DNA of 62,989 nucleotides, the filler included, from Hausera hauseri (taxonomy: Eukaryota), in assembly GCA_046269625.1 (NCBI GenBank). It is 10 parts of 10 records of this genome, joined end to end, with 100 filler letters (N's around TTAATTAATTAA, not from the genome) between each part and the next. Parts side by side here need not be neighbours in the genome. Positions count along the whole stretch, not along the records: positions 1 to 6,690 come from JBJURY010074771.1; positions 6,791 to 12,404 come from JBJURY010220408.1; 8 more parts are not named here. The stretch is one strand, 5' to 3'. The notes below the pieces were generated by a model, which searched no databases, was not told the origin of the DNA, and saw nothing but the letters and a program-made list of their open reading frames with translations. The stretch's first letter is position 1, and every line of letters begins with the position of its first letter. The position numbers and the translations under genes are program-made. Positions 1-11,922 of this stretch are shown piece after piece.

Positions 1-240
1 AGCTGCTAAAGATGGCAATTATTCAAGCTGCACAAGTCAGGTTGTAATTATTTAAAACTCAGTGAAAAAGATGTTCCCAAACGTTTCCAGCTGACGTTCT
101 CTTTGAGATACGACGAAGCCTTAGGCTCCCACTTCTCTCGCTTAGCGTTTAACAAGGGAAAAATCCTACCAATAATGTTTTTTTTAAAATTAAATATTGT
201 TGAGATATGAATGAAATTTCAATTAAAAAAAACACACAAT

Positions 241-2259
241 TTAAAGTTCAAAAGGATACAAATGTTGTACAGTTCTTTTCAAAAGTCCATTGCTGGTTTT
301 TAGTTCGTAACATCGGACCTTGTTATCACGTCCAGGTATGGTCCTTTCAATTTTACCAAGTTTCCACAGAAGCTTATTTTTAGTGTTTCCTTCTATCAAC
401 ACTACATCGCCCACTTTAAATTCGGCGTGTGAAGTCGGATTTCTTACAGAGTGAGCAGTTCGAAGGTCTAACAAATACTGATGTTTCCATCGCTGCCACA
501 GTTGTTTCAGTAGCAATATTTGATATTTTCGTCTTTTGAGAAGGAAGGATTTGTCAGATCCACTTTCGATGATCTGTGCGAAAGTCACAGGAAAGGTCGG
601 TTGATTGTGACCAAAGTTAAAAAAATGCATAGGCGTGAGGGGTTCTGGTTCATTATTCTCGCCGTAGACATAGCTCAACGGACGAAGATTAAGAACAGCT
701 TCTATCTCTGTAAGCACAGTCAACATTTCTTCAAAGTTTAACAGCGCTTTCCCGAGTATTTTATGCAAACATTCTTTCACAGATTTTACCAGGCGTTCGT
801 AAAATCCTCCCCACCATGGGGATCTTTCCAAAATATTCTTCCAAATTACCCTCTCCTTAGAGATATAGTCTTGAATTGAACTGTTAGATAAGATTTTTGA
901 TAAATTTTCAATCTCTTTTTTGCCCTTTTTGAACGTTTTGGCGTTGTCACTGTAAATTATTTTACAATTTCCCCTTCTTGCGAGGAATCTTCTGAATGCA
1001 AGTAAAAAGGAGTCAGTTGTCATCACTAATTCCAGATGCAATGCTCTTGAGACACCGCACGTAAATATAACGATGTAAGATTTCTTCAAGTCTGGATTTT
1101 TCACATACAAAGGTCCTGCAAAATCTAGTCCGCAGACAGAAAAAACAGGGGTCTGATGAATTCGATCACTAGGTAAGGGTGCCGTAAGTTGGTCAGCAGG
1201 TTTGGATAAATATTTTCGACATATAATACAACTTTTGATAATTTTCTTGACAAATTGGCGTCCTCTTGGTATCCAATAATTAGATCTGACCTTTGATAAG
1301 GTGCTGGCCGTTCCTCCGTGCATAACTTTACTATGTTCTCGACGCACTATCAATGTAGTCAACCAAGAATTTCTGGGCAGGATGTAAGGATGTTTTTCAT
1401 CAATAGACAAATCACAAAATTCAAGTCTACCTCCTAATCTCATTAACTCTTCTTCGTCCATATAGGGCATGTAACTAAACAAGGAGGAGTCTTTCTGTAT
1501 GGGATTCTTATTCTTAAGAGTTTCGTATTCTCCTTTAAAAAACTGCTTCTGTTCATTTTGAATCAAGAACTTCTCTGCATTAATTATTTCTTCAGCTGTC
1601 AAGGGACCACGATTTTTTAAGGGACTTTTAAGATTTGTTGTAAACCTCTTCACCCAAGCCACCATTCTTAACAATTTTTCTAAATTACTATATCTATGAA
1701 TATCGATAAGGTTTTCTAATTCATCAACTATACATTCATTCTGGAGGATTTCTTTTGATTTCTTGTTGTACTCTAATTCATTTACATAAACTTTTTCTCT
1801 GCCATCAGGCTTCGGCCAAAATTCAGGAGGTTGACGGAGCCATTTTGGCCCATGTAACCAAGTTTCATCGTCAATAAGTTTCGAAATCTTCGCTCCTCTT
1901 GAGACCAGGTCAGCGGGATTGTTTGCCCTAGGGCAATGATGCCAATTTGAGGGAGAAGATAATTTGTGAATTTCTTCTACTCGATTTTTAACAAACGGTT
2001 TAAATTTTTCGGGTGATCCTCTGATCCAGAAATAGGTCATTTTCGAGTCAGTCCAGAAAAAACAAGGTACATCAATTTTCAGAGCCTTCAGGAGGTTGTC
2101 ACTCAACTTTGCTGACAACAATGCAGCCATGAGTTCCAGTCGGGGTAAGGTGAGACTCTTCAATGGGGCTACTCTATTCTTAGAAGCCACAAACGCTGTT
2201 CGAATTTCTTTATCGGGTGTCGTACTTCGAAAATAGGCAACAGTACCATACGCTTTCAT
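241..2259 (-). CDS. BEL/Pao polyprotein, C-terminal part: RNase H, integrase (HHCC + DDE), DUF5641-like tail
   Basis: KNRVAP, TLPRLEL, WTDS, NPADLVSRG; H..MHGG..CIIC; GLDFAGP, SDNAKTF, PWWGGFYERLV; LW.RW...YL..L. Confidence 0.93.
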   Translation of the reverse strand: MKAYGTVAYFRSTTPDKEIRTAFVASKNRVAPLKSLTLPRLELMAALLSAKLSDNLLKALKIDVPCFFWTDSKMTYFWIRGSPEKFKPFVKNRVEEIHKLSSPSNWHHCPRANNPADLVSRGAKISKLIDDETWLHGPKWLRQPPEFWPKPDGREKVYVNELEYNKKSKEILQNECIVDELENLIDIHRYSNLEKLLRMVAWVKRFTTNLKSPLKNRGPLTAEEIINAEKFLIQNEQKQFFKGEYETLKNKNPIQKDSSLFSYMPYMDEEELMRLGGRLEFCDLSIDEKHPYILPRNSWLTTLIVRREHSKVMHGGTASTLSKVRSNYWIPRGRQFVKKIIKSCIICRKYLSKPADQLTAPLPSDRIHQTPVFSVCGLDFAGPLYVKNPDLKKSYIVIFTCGVSRALHLELVMTTDSFLLAFRRFLARRGNCKIIYSDNAKTFKKGKKEIENLSKILSNSSIQDYISKERVIWKNILERSPWWGGFYERLVKSVKECLHKILGKALLNFEEMLTVLTEIEAVLNLRPLSYVYGENNEPEPLTPMHFFNFGHNQPTFPVTFAQIIESGSDKSFLLKRRKYQILLLKQLWQRWKHQYLLDLRTAHSVRNPTSHAEFKVGDVVLIEGNTKNKLLWKLGKIERTIPGRDNKVRCYELKTSNGLLKRTVQHLYPFEL

Positions 2260-2262
2260 ACT

Positions 2263-5200
2263 CTAATCAGAAAAGATGTGCAATTGAAGACTACTGAGTT
2301 CGGAGTTCGAAATTTCGAAAAAATAATGTCTAGGAATAGAAAAGTCACATAGCAAAGGTACTTCATCGCACCAATTTTTCCAAATCAATTTTAAATTTTC
2401 AGGTAACGTATCGTCCCAGTCCAAGTTTGAAGACCAAATCATTTGCATAAGACACTTTATTCTGACCGTAAAGGGTCCTAAACACCCAATGGGATCAAAG
2501 ACTCGACCCAAGACTTGTAAAACGAATCTTTTTGTATCGACACTTTTCGTGACAAAATCCGCTAGATCTCTAGTGTCAAAATATAGGGTGTCATTTGAAT
2601 TATTCCACCCTAGGCCCAAGACTTTATTAGGGGGATCACTTTCTTCAACGGCTTTTGTATTGTCAGAGACAACACCATTTTCAATCCACGATTCATGTAG
2701 TTGTCTGGAATTCGTATGCCATTTGTGTAACTGCATACTGGCATCTTGGAAGATGTTAATTGTTTCTAGACTCGTAGTGAGAGCCTTTTCTACAGAGGGA
2801 TGACTTCCAATTATGTCATCAACATAAATATTTTCGCTCAAAAATTCAACGGTATCGGGATATTTTTCATTGAACTTCTTTAAATGATGTTTAATGGTCG
2901 CAGCCAACAAAAAGGGGCTGCTATTCAATCCGAATAAGACCCTTGTAAATCTGAAAATTTGTGGTGGAATCGAATCATCAAATGGGTCTTCAGTGAACAT
3001 AAACCGCGTAACATCTCTGTCTTTTTCATGAACTGCAATTTGTAAAAAGGCTTGTCTTATGTCCGTGGTGAACGCCACAGGATAAAACCGAAACCTAGTA
3101 AGGATATAGAAAATATCTTCATACAAATTAGGTCCAGTATGTAAACAACTGTTCAAGGAGGGAGAATTCAATTCATGGGATGAGGCATCGTAAACGATGC
3201 GTAATTTACTCGTGGTGCGGTCTTTTCTTATTATTTCCCTGTATGGTAGATAAAAGGTTTCACCTTCATTGCCTTCATTTGCAACGGGTTCTATGATCTC
3301 GTCGGTCAAGTAATTCTGTAAAACAGTTTTGTATTCGATAAATAATTCAGGGTTTCTACAGAATTTCCCTTTAAGTCTCGAAAATCTGTTCTCAGCTACC
3401 GCTCGATTGTCATGAAGTTGTCGCTTTTCTAACTTCCAAGGAAGTTTAACTACGTATCGATTGTTTTTATATTCAATTTCGCGTTCAAAAGTTTTCATTA
3501 CTTCATTCTCAGAAGGGTCTATATCTTCTTTCGTGTTTATGAGACCTGAAGTCTCCAAATCCCAGAATTTTTTTATCTGATCAGAAATAGGACTTTCTTC
3601 GACCACGATGTTCATAACCGAAGTCAAACGATCTTCGCCTTTTACCCCCTGCAAACACCAACCAAAGATCATCTGTACAGCAACCAGTTCTTTGTTTAAT
3701 CGTTTAATAGTTCCGAAAACTATACTATAATAATAATCTGCACCCACAAGGAGAGAGATTGGTTCTTTACACGTAGGAGAGTCTGAAAGGGTTAAATTCT
3801 GTAAATATTTATTTTCAGTGAACCGATTTAATTCTGGAGGAGGGGGAATGTTCGAACCACATATTTCATCCGTAATCAAAGCTTCGATCTCAATTTTAGA
3901 TTCTGGAGATGTTCTATTTTCTAATGTGATTTTGACAACATCATAATTCTTTTCTATTGGGTTTTTGTTTCCGAACGTAAATACAGATAATCTTTCTTTT
4001 CTAATAACATTTAAATTTAATTTGTCAGCGATGGTCCGGCTCAAAAAGGTTCTCATACTTGCGGAATCAAGTAAAAGGCGCGAAACAATTTCTTTCTTTT
4101 CATTTTTAATTTTTACGCAACAAGTTTGGAGGAATATTTTATTTTTTCCCGTATGAGAAACTGCTGTTAGTACGCTATCCCTTTTCTCTTCGAGCGGAGT
4201 CTTCGAGTCTGGTTTCCTTTCTTTCTTTAACGAATTATCGTATTTGTAACATATGACTCTGTTATGTTTTGATCCGCAGAATTTGCAACTGATATTTTTT
4301 TTGCATTCGTTAATTCGATGTCTGGCTTGTAGGCACAAGAAGCAGCGACCCTTCTGTTTCAGAATATTTTTTCTTTTTTCTACATCGAATGACTCACAAT
4401 TATCCGAGTAATGATCTTTTTCGCAAAATAAGCACATTTTATAGCTCGATTCCTTTTCGACTGTCATAAATTGATGAGTAGAGGAAATATTTGCGCGCGT
4501 TTCTGCGGGATATTTCTGTGACTTAGTTTTGATTTCAGCGGCTTTAATTTGTTCGAAAGTCTTCGTTCCAAATGTTTTTTCGCGGCAAATTATTTCTGTT
4601 TGTAGAAAATCCAAAAGATTTTGAATATTAGTGGCGATTAAATTTCCAGAATTTTTTCTGTTCCATTCTAACGCGAGATCGTTCGGTAAATTTTTTAAAA
4701 CTACAGGAATAAGCATCGAAGAATATGATTCTTCTTTCAACCCCAGTGAGGACAACGCACGAATGTTTATTTCGATTTCTTCATGTAATTTTTTCAATCT
4801 AAATGCGTCGCTCGATTTGTAAACAGGTGTCAAATTTAATAATTTATTCATATGGTGACTGATGATTATATCCTTTTGGCCGAATCTAGTTTCTAACACT
4901 TTTAATGCAACGTCATAATTAATTTCTGATATTTCAAGGCCTTCGATAGCGTTTAATGCTGCCGATGTCAAATAACTTTTTAAGTAATTGAATTTCTGAA
5001 TTTTAGAAAGGGAGACATTATCATGAATTGCAACTTTGAAGGTATTCCAAAAACTCGTATATTGTGTACAATCTCCCAAAAACTTCGGTATTATCAATTT
5101 AGAGATCTCAACGAATTTCTCATTAGGAGACGTATTGGTAGTCAGTTCAGTACTGCTAGTATCTGGGATCAGTACTGCATTTTCTTTTAATTTTTTCTCA

Positions 5201-5430
5201 GCTCGAAAGATAGCGAGCAAAATTTTGTCAACATATTCATAACAAGTGTTCTTTTCGGTTTCGTATTCGGCGACCGGTAGCAACGGATCTAGTTCTTTAT
5301 CAACTTCAGCTAAAGAGTTAGATTTAATCTTTAACAAGTTTAGATTCTCTTCTAACGCATCAAGGTCTGGAGGGGAGCTTTTTATGTTTACTTCCATTGT
5401 ATTCACGAGCGTCGTTACCAATGAACACAA
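2263..5430 (-). CDS. BEL/Pao polyprotein, N-terminal part: Gag (DUF1759-like, three Cys/His knuckles), aspartic protease, reverse transcriptase, start of RNase H
   Basis: IPKFLGD..FW..F...IHDN and KFNYLKSYL; CLFC..H...C, CFLC...H...C, CKFC..H...C; LLDSAS protease; RIVYDAS, DIRQAF, FGLNSSPF, YVDD; LHIFSD. Confidence 0.93.
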   Translation of the reverse strand: MCSLVTTLVNTMEVNIKSSPPDLDALEENLNLLKIKSNSLAEVDKELDPLLPVAEYETEKNTCYEYVDKILLAIFRAEKKLKENAVLIPDTSSTELTTNTSPNEKFVEISKLIIPKFLGDCTQYTSFWNTFKVAIHDNVSLSKIQKFNYLKSYLTSAALNAIEGLEISEINYDVALKVLETRFGQKDIIISHHMNKLLNLTPVYKSSDAFRLKKLHEEIEINIRALSSLGLKEESYSSMLIPVVLKNLPNDLALEWNRKNSGNLIATNIQNLLDFLQTEIICREKTFGTKTFEQIKAAEIKTKSQKYPAETRANISSTHQFMTVEKESSYKMCLFCEKDHYSDNCESFDVEKRKNILKQKGRCFLCLQARHRINECKKNISCKFCGSKHNRVICYKYDNSLKKERKPDSKTPLEEKRDSVLTAVSHTGKNKIFLQTCCVKIKNEKKEIVSRLLLDSASMRTFLSRTIADKLNLNVIRKERLSVFTFGNKNPIEKNYDVVKITLENRTSPESKIEIEALITDEICGSNIPPPPELNRFTENKYLQNLTLSDSPTCKEPISLLVGADYYYSIVFGTIKRLNKELVAVQMIFGWCLQGVKGEDRLTSVMNIVVEESPISDQIKKFWDLETSGLINTKEDIDPSENEVMKTFEREIEYKNNRYVVKLPWKLEKRQLHDNRAVAENRFSRLKGKFCRNPELFIEYKTVLQNYLTDEIIEPVANEGNEGETFYLPYREIIRKDRTTSKLRIVYDASSHELNSPSLNSCLHTGPNLYEDIFYILTRFRFYPVAFTTDIRQAFLQIAVHEKDRDVTRFMFTEDPFDDSIPPQIFRFTRVLFGLNSSPFLLAATIKHHLKKFNEKYPDTVEFLSENIYVDDIIGSHPSVEKALTTSLETINIFQDASMQLHKWHTNSRQLHESWIENGVVSDNTKAVEESDPPNKVLGLGWNNSNDTLYFDTRDLADFVTKSVDTKRFVLQVLGRVFDPIGCLGPFTVRIKCLMQMIWSSNLDWDDTLPENLKLIWKNWCDEVPLLCDFSIPRHYFFEISNSELSSLQLHIFSD

Positions 5431-6690
5431 CGACTTTCTGTTCGATTTCAGTGGCTTTGCTTTGGTTACTGGCCCTGGCTAGGCGCTCTCCAAGATGATG
5501 CAAATGCTGCTTGTTCTCCTCTACCACTGTGATCTCCTCTTGGTAGTCCTGCAGAAATCAGTTCAGAGCAGTCAATTTCTAAACATGCTGCAGCTATAAA
5601 GCCAACTCTTTCACCAGCTCAGATTCAGTCTGATCAGATCCACAGATAATGAGACACCCTACAAGATTACAAGGAAAATTAATTTGCTCACCTCAGACCT
5701 TTATAAAATGTGAAGAAAATAAAGATAAGGGAAAAAGATGCAGCCACAACAGCGACAAGACAGAATCGTTCATCACAGGCACAGCCAGTTCATAAGGGCA
5801 GGTAGGGCCACCTAAAACAGATGAAGGTCCTACTACCAGCTAAATTTGGATTTCTTGGCAATAATTCCACATTTCTGCATCGGAATTTCCAAATAACTGT
5901 GTCTCTTATACTTTTGACTTCCCCACAGACTGCTCCAACATGCTGGAACTGAAAGGGTTTTATTGCCCACATTCCTCTTTAGGGAATCTAACAGGTCTGT
6001 CTTTTATCAATCAAATCAGAGTGTGGTACAGCTTGATACGATTCGGTGTTTCAATGCTGAAACCAGCTTTGTTGGTCTCCACTCTGACCATAACTGTCAG
6101 GACTCTCATGTTCTGATCAATTTATGGATGAGTACTGAAGACTCCCTCGACTGAGATGTCCAGAGAGAGACTGTTTTCCTTTCTCCCCCAAGAGTTGTAA
6201 AAATTCTTGTGCTCCAAACAGAACAAAATCACCCAGCTTGGAGTAAGCACAGACACGAAGACTTTTGCAGTATATAAAAAAAGAAGAAATAAACTGTGTA
6301 TTACGGATTGTTTGTTAGTTTACAAAGAAATGTAATTTAACATTTTCTCTTTCAGATCTCAAGAAGATCCAAGGATCAATAAGTGTCTTTATTTTAACCA
6401 ATGTATTACTTAAAGTGTTTTTAATGTATTGCATAATCTCATTCAAGGATGTCTTTTAACTAAGATGTTACTATTTCAAAATTAATAATGTGTGCACATT
6501 TGTCCAAGCTTTGTCCCATAAGATTATTCAAGGTGACCCTTTTTAATATATTCCAATGTCTACTTTGAGTATGGGACTTTATATTGTTTGTTCTATCTGT
6601 GTAATAATTGTTCCGAACTAAACGTACCTTTTCTTGATCTTACAGACCTTGTAAGAATTCCCTAAAGTTTAATAATCAGTAGATTAAAAT

Positions 6691-6790
6691 NNNNNNNNNN
6701 NNNNNNNNNNNNNNNNNNNNNNNNNNNNNNNNNNTTAATTAATTAANNNNNNNNNNNNNNNNNNNNNNNNNNNNNNNNNNNNNNNNNNNN
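6691..6790. other. Artificial contig-joining spacer (N-run + TTAATTAATTAA + N-run); same spacer at 12405-12504, 17116-17215, 22822-22921, 28080-28179, 35958-36057, 47734-47833, 53812-53911, 58435-58534
   Basis: Nine identical 100-nt blocks; the 12-mer gives stops in all six frames; sequence character changes across each block. Confidence 0.98.
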
Positions 6791-7661
6791 GCATTCTGAC
6801 TAAAAATCCGCTTGAATTTACAAGATTACTCAAACTGGCATTTTCGATTGTACTTGGAGGAATTGAAGTCGATTTAATAAAATTGTCAAAGTAAAATTTG
6901 TAAACTGTAGATAGAATGTACCATTCTTCTTCAGTTGGTAAATGACCTTGACCTTCTCGAGTCAGTTTGTCATTTAGAGATACCAGTTTCACATTTTTTG
7001 ACACCAAAACTACTACCGTAGGAATGAATGATTCACTTTTATTAAAGTCATAATTACTTCCAAAATTGCTGCACTTTACTTCAGGTATGGATTTTATAAA
7101 CAATTCTTGGTAAGTGTCTTCCATCATGACATTTGGTTGTAAATGCGGTTGACAGTTTTGTTCGGATGAGTGAGTTGGAAGAATGTATTCATATTTGCTT
7201 GTAGATGGAGAAAAACCTATGGACGACTTTCTTGGAATTTTACAAATTTTATCGAGACGATTTCTTTCCAAATGCCCAAGTATTTTCTCCTTTTCATGCC
7301 GACACTGAAACATTTTGCCAACCAACAAAACGTACAGAACCGCTGTGTGTTGACATTGACAACGCAAATCTAATTGAACACACACGAAGGAATCTTTCTC
7401 TTAATTGCATTCCGTCAAAAAACGACTTACAAGACTCACACATGCGGCACCGAAATTGTACCCTAGTGCTCTGTCATTACAAATTTCACATTTACGAAAC
7501 TTAGAAAATACGAATTCGGTTGAGATAATGTCTTGATACTCGGCATTTTCAATATTGCATGAAATAGGTTCTGGATTACGGAAATCAGAATATGGGGGAC
7601 TTAAAGAACTTTTCTTTATGTCTACCGAATTTTTGTTAAAGATTGATGGTTGAATATTCAT
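6791..7661 (-). pseudogene. Nuclear receptor pseudogene, HR96/DAF-12 (NR1J)-like; DNA-binding domain plus start of ligand-binding domain
   Basis: CEICNDRALGYNFGA, then across frameshifts CESCKSFF..NA and CVFN*ICVVNVNTQRFCTFCWLAKCFSVGM; the ESCK P-box is characteristic of NR1J; stop and frameshifts present. Confidence 0.8.
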
Positions 7662-7741
7662 AGCATTTTGGACGAATATTTACACGCTAAAGTGTTTTCA
7701 CTAACTGAGGAAAAAGTGAGTGTTTGAAATTGTCAGAGTAC

Positions 7742-7872
7742 TGTTGTAATTTTTTTGAATTCTTTCGAGGCAGAAGATCGGGGCCCGCTTATGGGCCCGA
7801 CGCGGTGGCAGCGGACGCCCCGCTGTGCCCAACCAAATGGGCCAAAGGGCACCGGTCGCTGTGGGCACCACA
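7742..7872 (-). repeat. Short GC-rich structured repeat with TGTGG...CAACA ends (candidate mini solo LTR), copy 1
   Basis: Homologous to 32448-32559; begins exactly at TGTGGTGCC on the minus strand, where it truncates the pPolB fragment; several hairpins. Confidence 0.6.
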
Positions 7873-9316
7873 GTTTCCTTGGATTCTTCTGGAGGGAGGT
7901 TCTTCACTAAACTGTCCCGTGAAGACGACATGAAACGAAATACGGCCTACATGCTTGGTAAAAGTGATGTATTTTTCCTCACTATTGGGAATGACATCAA
8001 TATTACCATAAATGTTGCCTAATTCTCGGGCTATGAAATGGGAATCTTAGCCACTGAAATTATGAAACACTACAGGCACATATGTGCATGTTTTTCAGCG
8101 AAGATTGCAGTTGTTGCATGCTACTCCTCGATATGTACCTGCAAAATGGCAGTGATCACTGACTTTATGATTCACCTTGGTGAAGGACTTTCGCACAAGT
8201 AACATGCTGTTGCCTTGCTCCATTCTTCTGATTGTTTCCACGACATGCTCACTGTATCCTTGTGCTGCCGAAGCATGTGTTCAAGCTTATGAGCCATGTC
8301 TTCAAGTCTTTTCGTGAAATATGCTGCTGCATCTGGACCCCTAAATAGAAATGGTTCACTGTCCAGTCCTTTGGAATACATACAATACTATGAGAGTTTA
8401 TGATATTGGTATGCAGTTGTACTGCTATGTTGAGGACGTGGAGTACAGCTGTGAACTGGCCGGAGAATAGCCTCAAAGTCGCAATAGATAACTATTGGGA
8501 CCTTGATCTTCTTCTCGAACTCCTTGAATTCAATGTAGTCCTCCTTGGGGAAGTCTGGCCTGATACAGTAATTGTTCTTGCAGTACATCTCGTGCTGTGC
8601 AAGTTTATCCACAGTTAACTTGCCGCTGAAATGAGACAAGCATCGTTTACTTATTTCGATTCTTTCCTTATGTTTCGCAATTTGGAATCTGACTAAACGC
8701 TTAAAGTTCTTTATCCAGATGAAGTGTCTCTTTTCACCATCGTCTAGTAGGAGCAGATTTCTATGAACATCCAATTTAACATCACATATCTGCAGGGGAT
8801 AAAATTTATCTTCCTCATCCAATCCAAATTTGTTGATTGATATATTGTTGGTTCGACTGAACTTTTTGATCTCATCTATGGATGGCGGGAATGTGATACA
8901 TTGGAAGTCATAGTTGTGCTGCACATCATTATATAGACAAACTCGATCTGCTGCATGTTTTCCATCCCGTACGAGTTTACATAAAATGGCATACATAAAA
9001 GACTTGTTTTCATCATTAAGGACATTGACACATGCCTTTTTATTAGCGATCCATTCGGGAAGCTGTATATAGGAGCTTCCCGGCATGGGAGAGTACTTGT
9101 GCATATACACAAGCAATCTCTTGATCATTGACAGAGTCCATCCAATCTTCTTATCCTGGCTCTCATCGGCTTCACGGATCAACTTCCCATGTTCCTCATT
9201 AAGCCATTCAACTATATTGCTGTTTTCCAATATTGGTCTATTTCTGGTCTTGAAGGCCCTTTTGGACTCTTCGCCATCAACATTTACGTATGTGGCTTCC
9301 ACTTTCATATTGACTT
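7873..9316 (-). pseudogene. polB: Polinton/Maverick (adintovirus-type) protein-primed DNA polymerase B, N-terminal half, disrupted
   Basis: GSSYIQLPEWIANKKACVNV.N.ENKSF.YA (vOTU-like region), YCDFEA (ExoI), CYLC...DHCHFAGTYRGVACNNCN (endonuclease VII-like insert), FHNFSG*DSHFI (ExoII), FMSSSRDSLVKNL. Confidence 0.9.
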
Positions 9317-11922
9317 TGTAAGAATCGTTTAACTATTGATAATGACTACACTTTTGATTCTGATTTTACTTTTGATTCTGATCATACTCGTGATAACTGT
9401 GATAACTGCTATTGCTTTTTATTAACTGCTATTGCTTTATATTAATTCGACTTTGATAGTTCTGTATTACTTAAATATAAACCTTTTTACATTTTCAAGT
9501 ATTTCTTTGTAAGGCCCCTTGATGGACATCATTAACAACTACCTGCATTATGTAAATATAATGTGAACCAACCCGGCGGTCGGACGGATTGATAAACGAC
9601 AGAAATAAATTAAATTAAAATATGAAGACAATCATAATATAAGAAATAACATTGACATTAAGAATCAAGGGTTGGTGAATGGTTGAATAAGCAGAAAGTA
9701 TTTTAATGAGTCGCAGTATTGAATAAAGTTTTTGATAAAGCAATTAGTATTGACAAATCGGACAATTGATGACAGTACACAGAGTATTTTCTAAATTAAT
9801 TCTTTTAATCTTGATATAGGATGACAGCACACAAAGTATTTTCTAAATCAACTATCAAAATTCAACCATCGGTAATAATAAGATGAAAAACAGTATATAA
9901 ACGGAGTACAACTAGAGAACACACACAGTAAAAACTTAGTTACTCTTGACGATAAACTGATAGTTTTGTCTCCGAAGGAAACCTAAAAGTAGGTTTCGTA
10001 TTTATTGATTTTAAAGATGATTTTGGTTAGAACTTAGCAAAGAAGTAAAGAAATTGTGATACACAAGAATATTTTCAAACTATTTAGAAGATTAGACGTG
10101 AATACACGTATTAATAGATACGATCTAATAAGATTTTTGGCTAAAGCAAATTCGATTGATTTAAGGAAAACTTTTGATAAAAATAGATATATGGCTGAAA
10201 GACATACCGATAATCTTGGAGCGATCAAACACGGCACAATCCGAACATCCTCTCGGTAAAAATTTAAATTCTTTTAAGTTGTTATCAATCAATCCACCGT
10301 TTGATTGTTTTATTATTATCTGTAAAGGTTGTTATAAAATATATTATTGCTAAAAGAAATGATTACGCGGAGGGTTACACGCAATTGACTAATCATAAAC
10401 AAATTTAGACGTTATTTGATAAGTCGATTACCGGATGATATGATCTCATTTATTCGATTCCAACCGAGGAAATCAGATGCTGAAATATTGATGGATCAAA
10501 AGGGAATATTCTTCGGTTGAAGGGTATGCGATTGAACAGAAGATACAATAGCGAATATGGAGCGAAAACGAATTGACACCCTTGATGTGAAAGAGGAAAA
10601 TTCTATCTCTCTGTGGTTTCAAGCGCAAAGAAAAATACATCAGGAAAGATGTGATGAAATAGTGCAATCTTTGAACGTATTTTTACAACGGATCGGATCG
10701 ATACCTATCTGCTACATTGTGATATCTACACCCATTAATGTTGAATCTACTATCCGTCTTGGTGAAAGGGTAATCAAATCTGCGGACAGGGTTAATGATA
10801 ATTTTATATAGTTTTATTGTAGAAACACAATAATATAGATGTACATAAGGGATTATCGTGATTATTAAGATGGTTAGCAAAGATTAGAATGAAATTGATA
10901 TGCCTATATTCTTGCAGCATGAAATATAATGTGTGATTTATATAGATATAGCAACACCATTAAAGGAAGCTGACTGTAATTAGTAGATGGGTAACCAGAA
11001 TGAGTAGCCTTGATGAAACCTAGAACGTATAACGTTTTACTAACCCTGAATTTAGTTTACTAGGTCAAAGATGAATAAAGAACTAAATTCGTTCTTGAAT
11101 TGAAACGTAGGTGTATTCTATAAGAAAAAGTTGATTACATAGTTAGTAATCGCCATTCAGATGACTATTTTTGATTACTCTATTTTTGTAATAGACACTA
11201 AATTTTTATTAAATTGTTTTGTACACGGAGCAAATTTTTCTTTTACTGGGAAATGATGGAGTAAGAGAATTTTACAAGGAGACCTTCATTGCGAATGTTG
11301 GTAAATAAAAGAATATAATAATTAGAATTAATAAACATGATGTACCTAATAATATAAAGGTTTGGAGAATAATAGTGAAGACATTTAGTGTAGTGGTATT
11401 ATGTATATCAGGATAACCGGCAACTTAATAAAGAGTGCTGTAATGTAGATATGTAATAGCATTGCAGAAAATGAATTATGGAAATTATAGCTATCTGCAT
11501 AGTTCAGAATATAAATGTTGAAATTGCGCATTCACTTTTAGAAGTTGTAGACAAGTGAAAACGTGTATTAGAGAATTATAACCAAGAGCCATTTTGCCAA
11601 TAATAGTCGAACATTTTAGTTCATAAGGAGAATTCTTGTTTTAATATAGCTTGTATGGTAAAAATTAAATTTGACGAGACTTTATTTGGATTAGGCGTGA
11701 AACGAACGGGTATCATGTAAATTGTGTTGTAAATTGCATTTATTAGAAATAATAGTGAAAGGAAGGGACATCTAATAGTAATCCTTTAATTAAATAATGA
11801 GAAATTTGAAGTTCAAGGCGCAGGTTACATCGGTAATCGTACCGCCCTCGAACGCACACACCTTCAGATATTTATATGTTGGTAAAATAACTAGAATTAG
11901 AATTAGTCATGAACACCCAACA
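9317..11922. mobile_element. 2.6-kb AT-rich TGT...ACA insertion in polB with 4-bp TSD ACTT
   Basis: ACTT at 9313-9316 and 11923-11926; removing the insert and one TSD restores the minus-strand frame EFKALKVNMKVEATY. Confidence 0.85.

Larger units (their letters stand above)
241..5460 (-). mobile_element. BEL/Pao LTR retrotransposon internal region (gag-pro-RT-RNaseH-IN), no LTRs recognised, probably 5' truncated
   Basis: Domain order and motifs typical of BEL/Pao; the two long ORFs are in the same frame, separated by one TAG (FSD*SMKAYG, where FSDAS is expected). Confidence 0.95.

Noticed and set aside
6691-6790. Recurring TTAATTAATTAA palindrome as a biological motif, and gene neighbourhoods spanning it
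   Set aside because: Always centred in N-runs; it is an assembly linker, so adjacency across it has no meaning
7742-7872. HDV-like or hammerhead ribozyme
   Set aside because: Could not place the required catalytic core sequences or pseudoknot by eye on either strand
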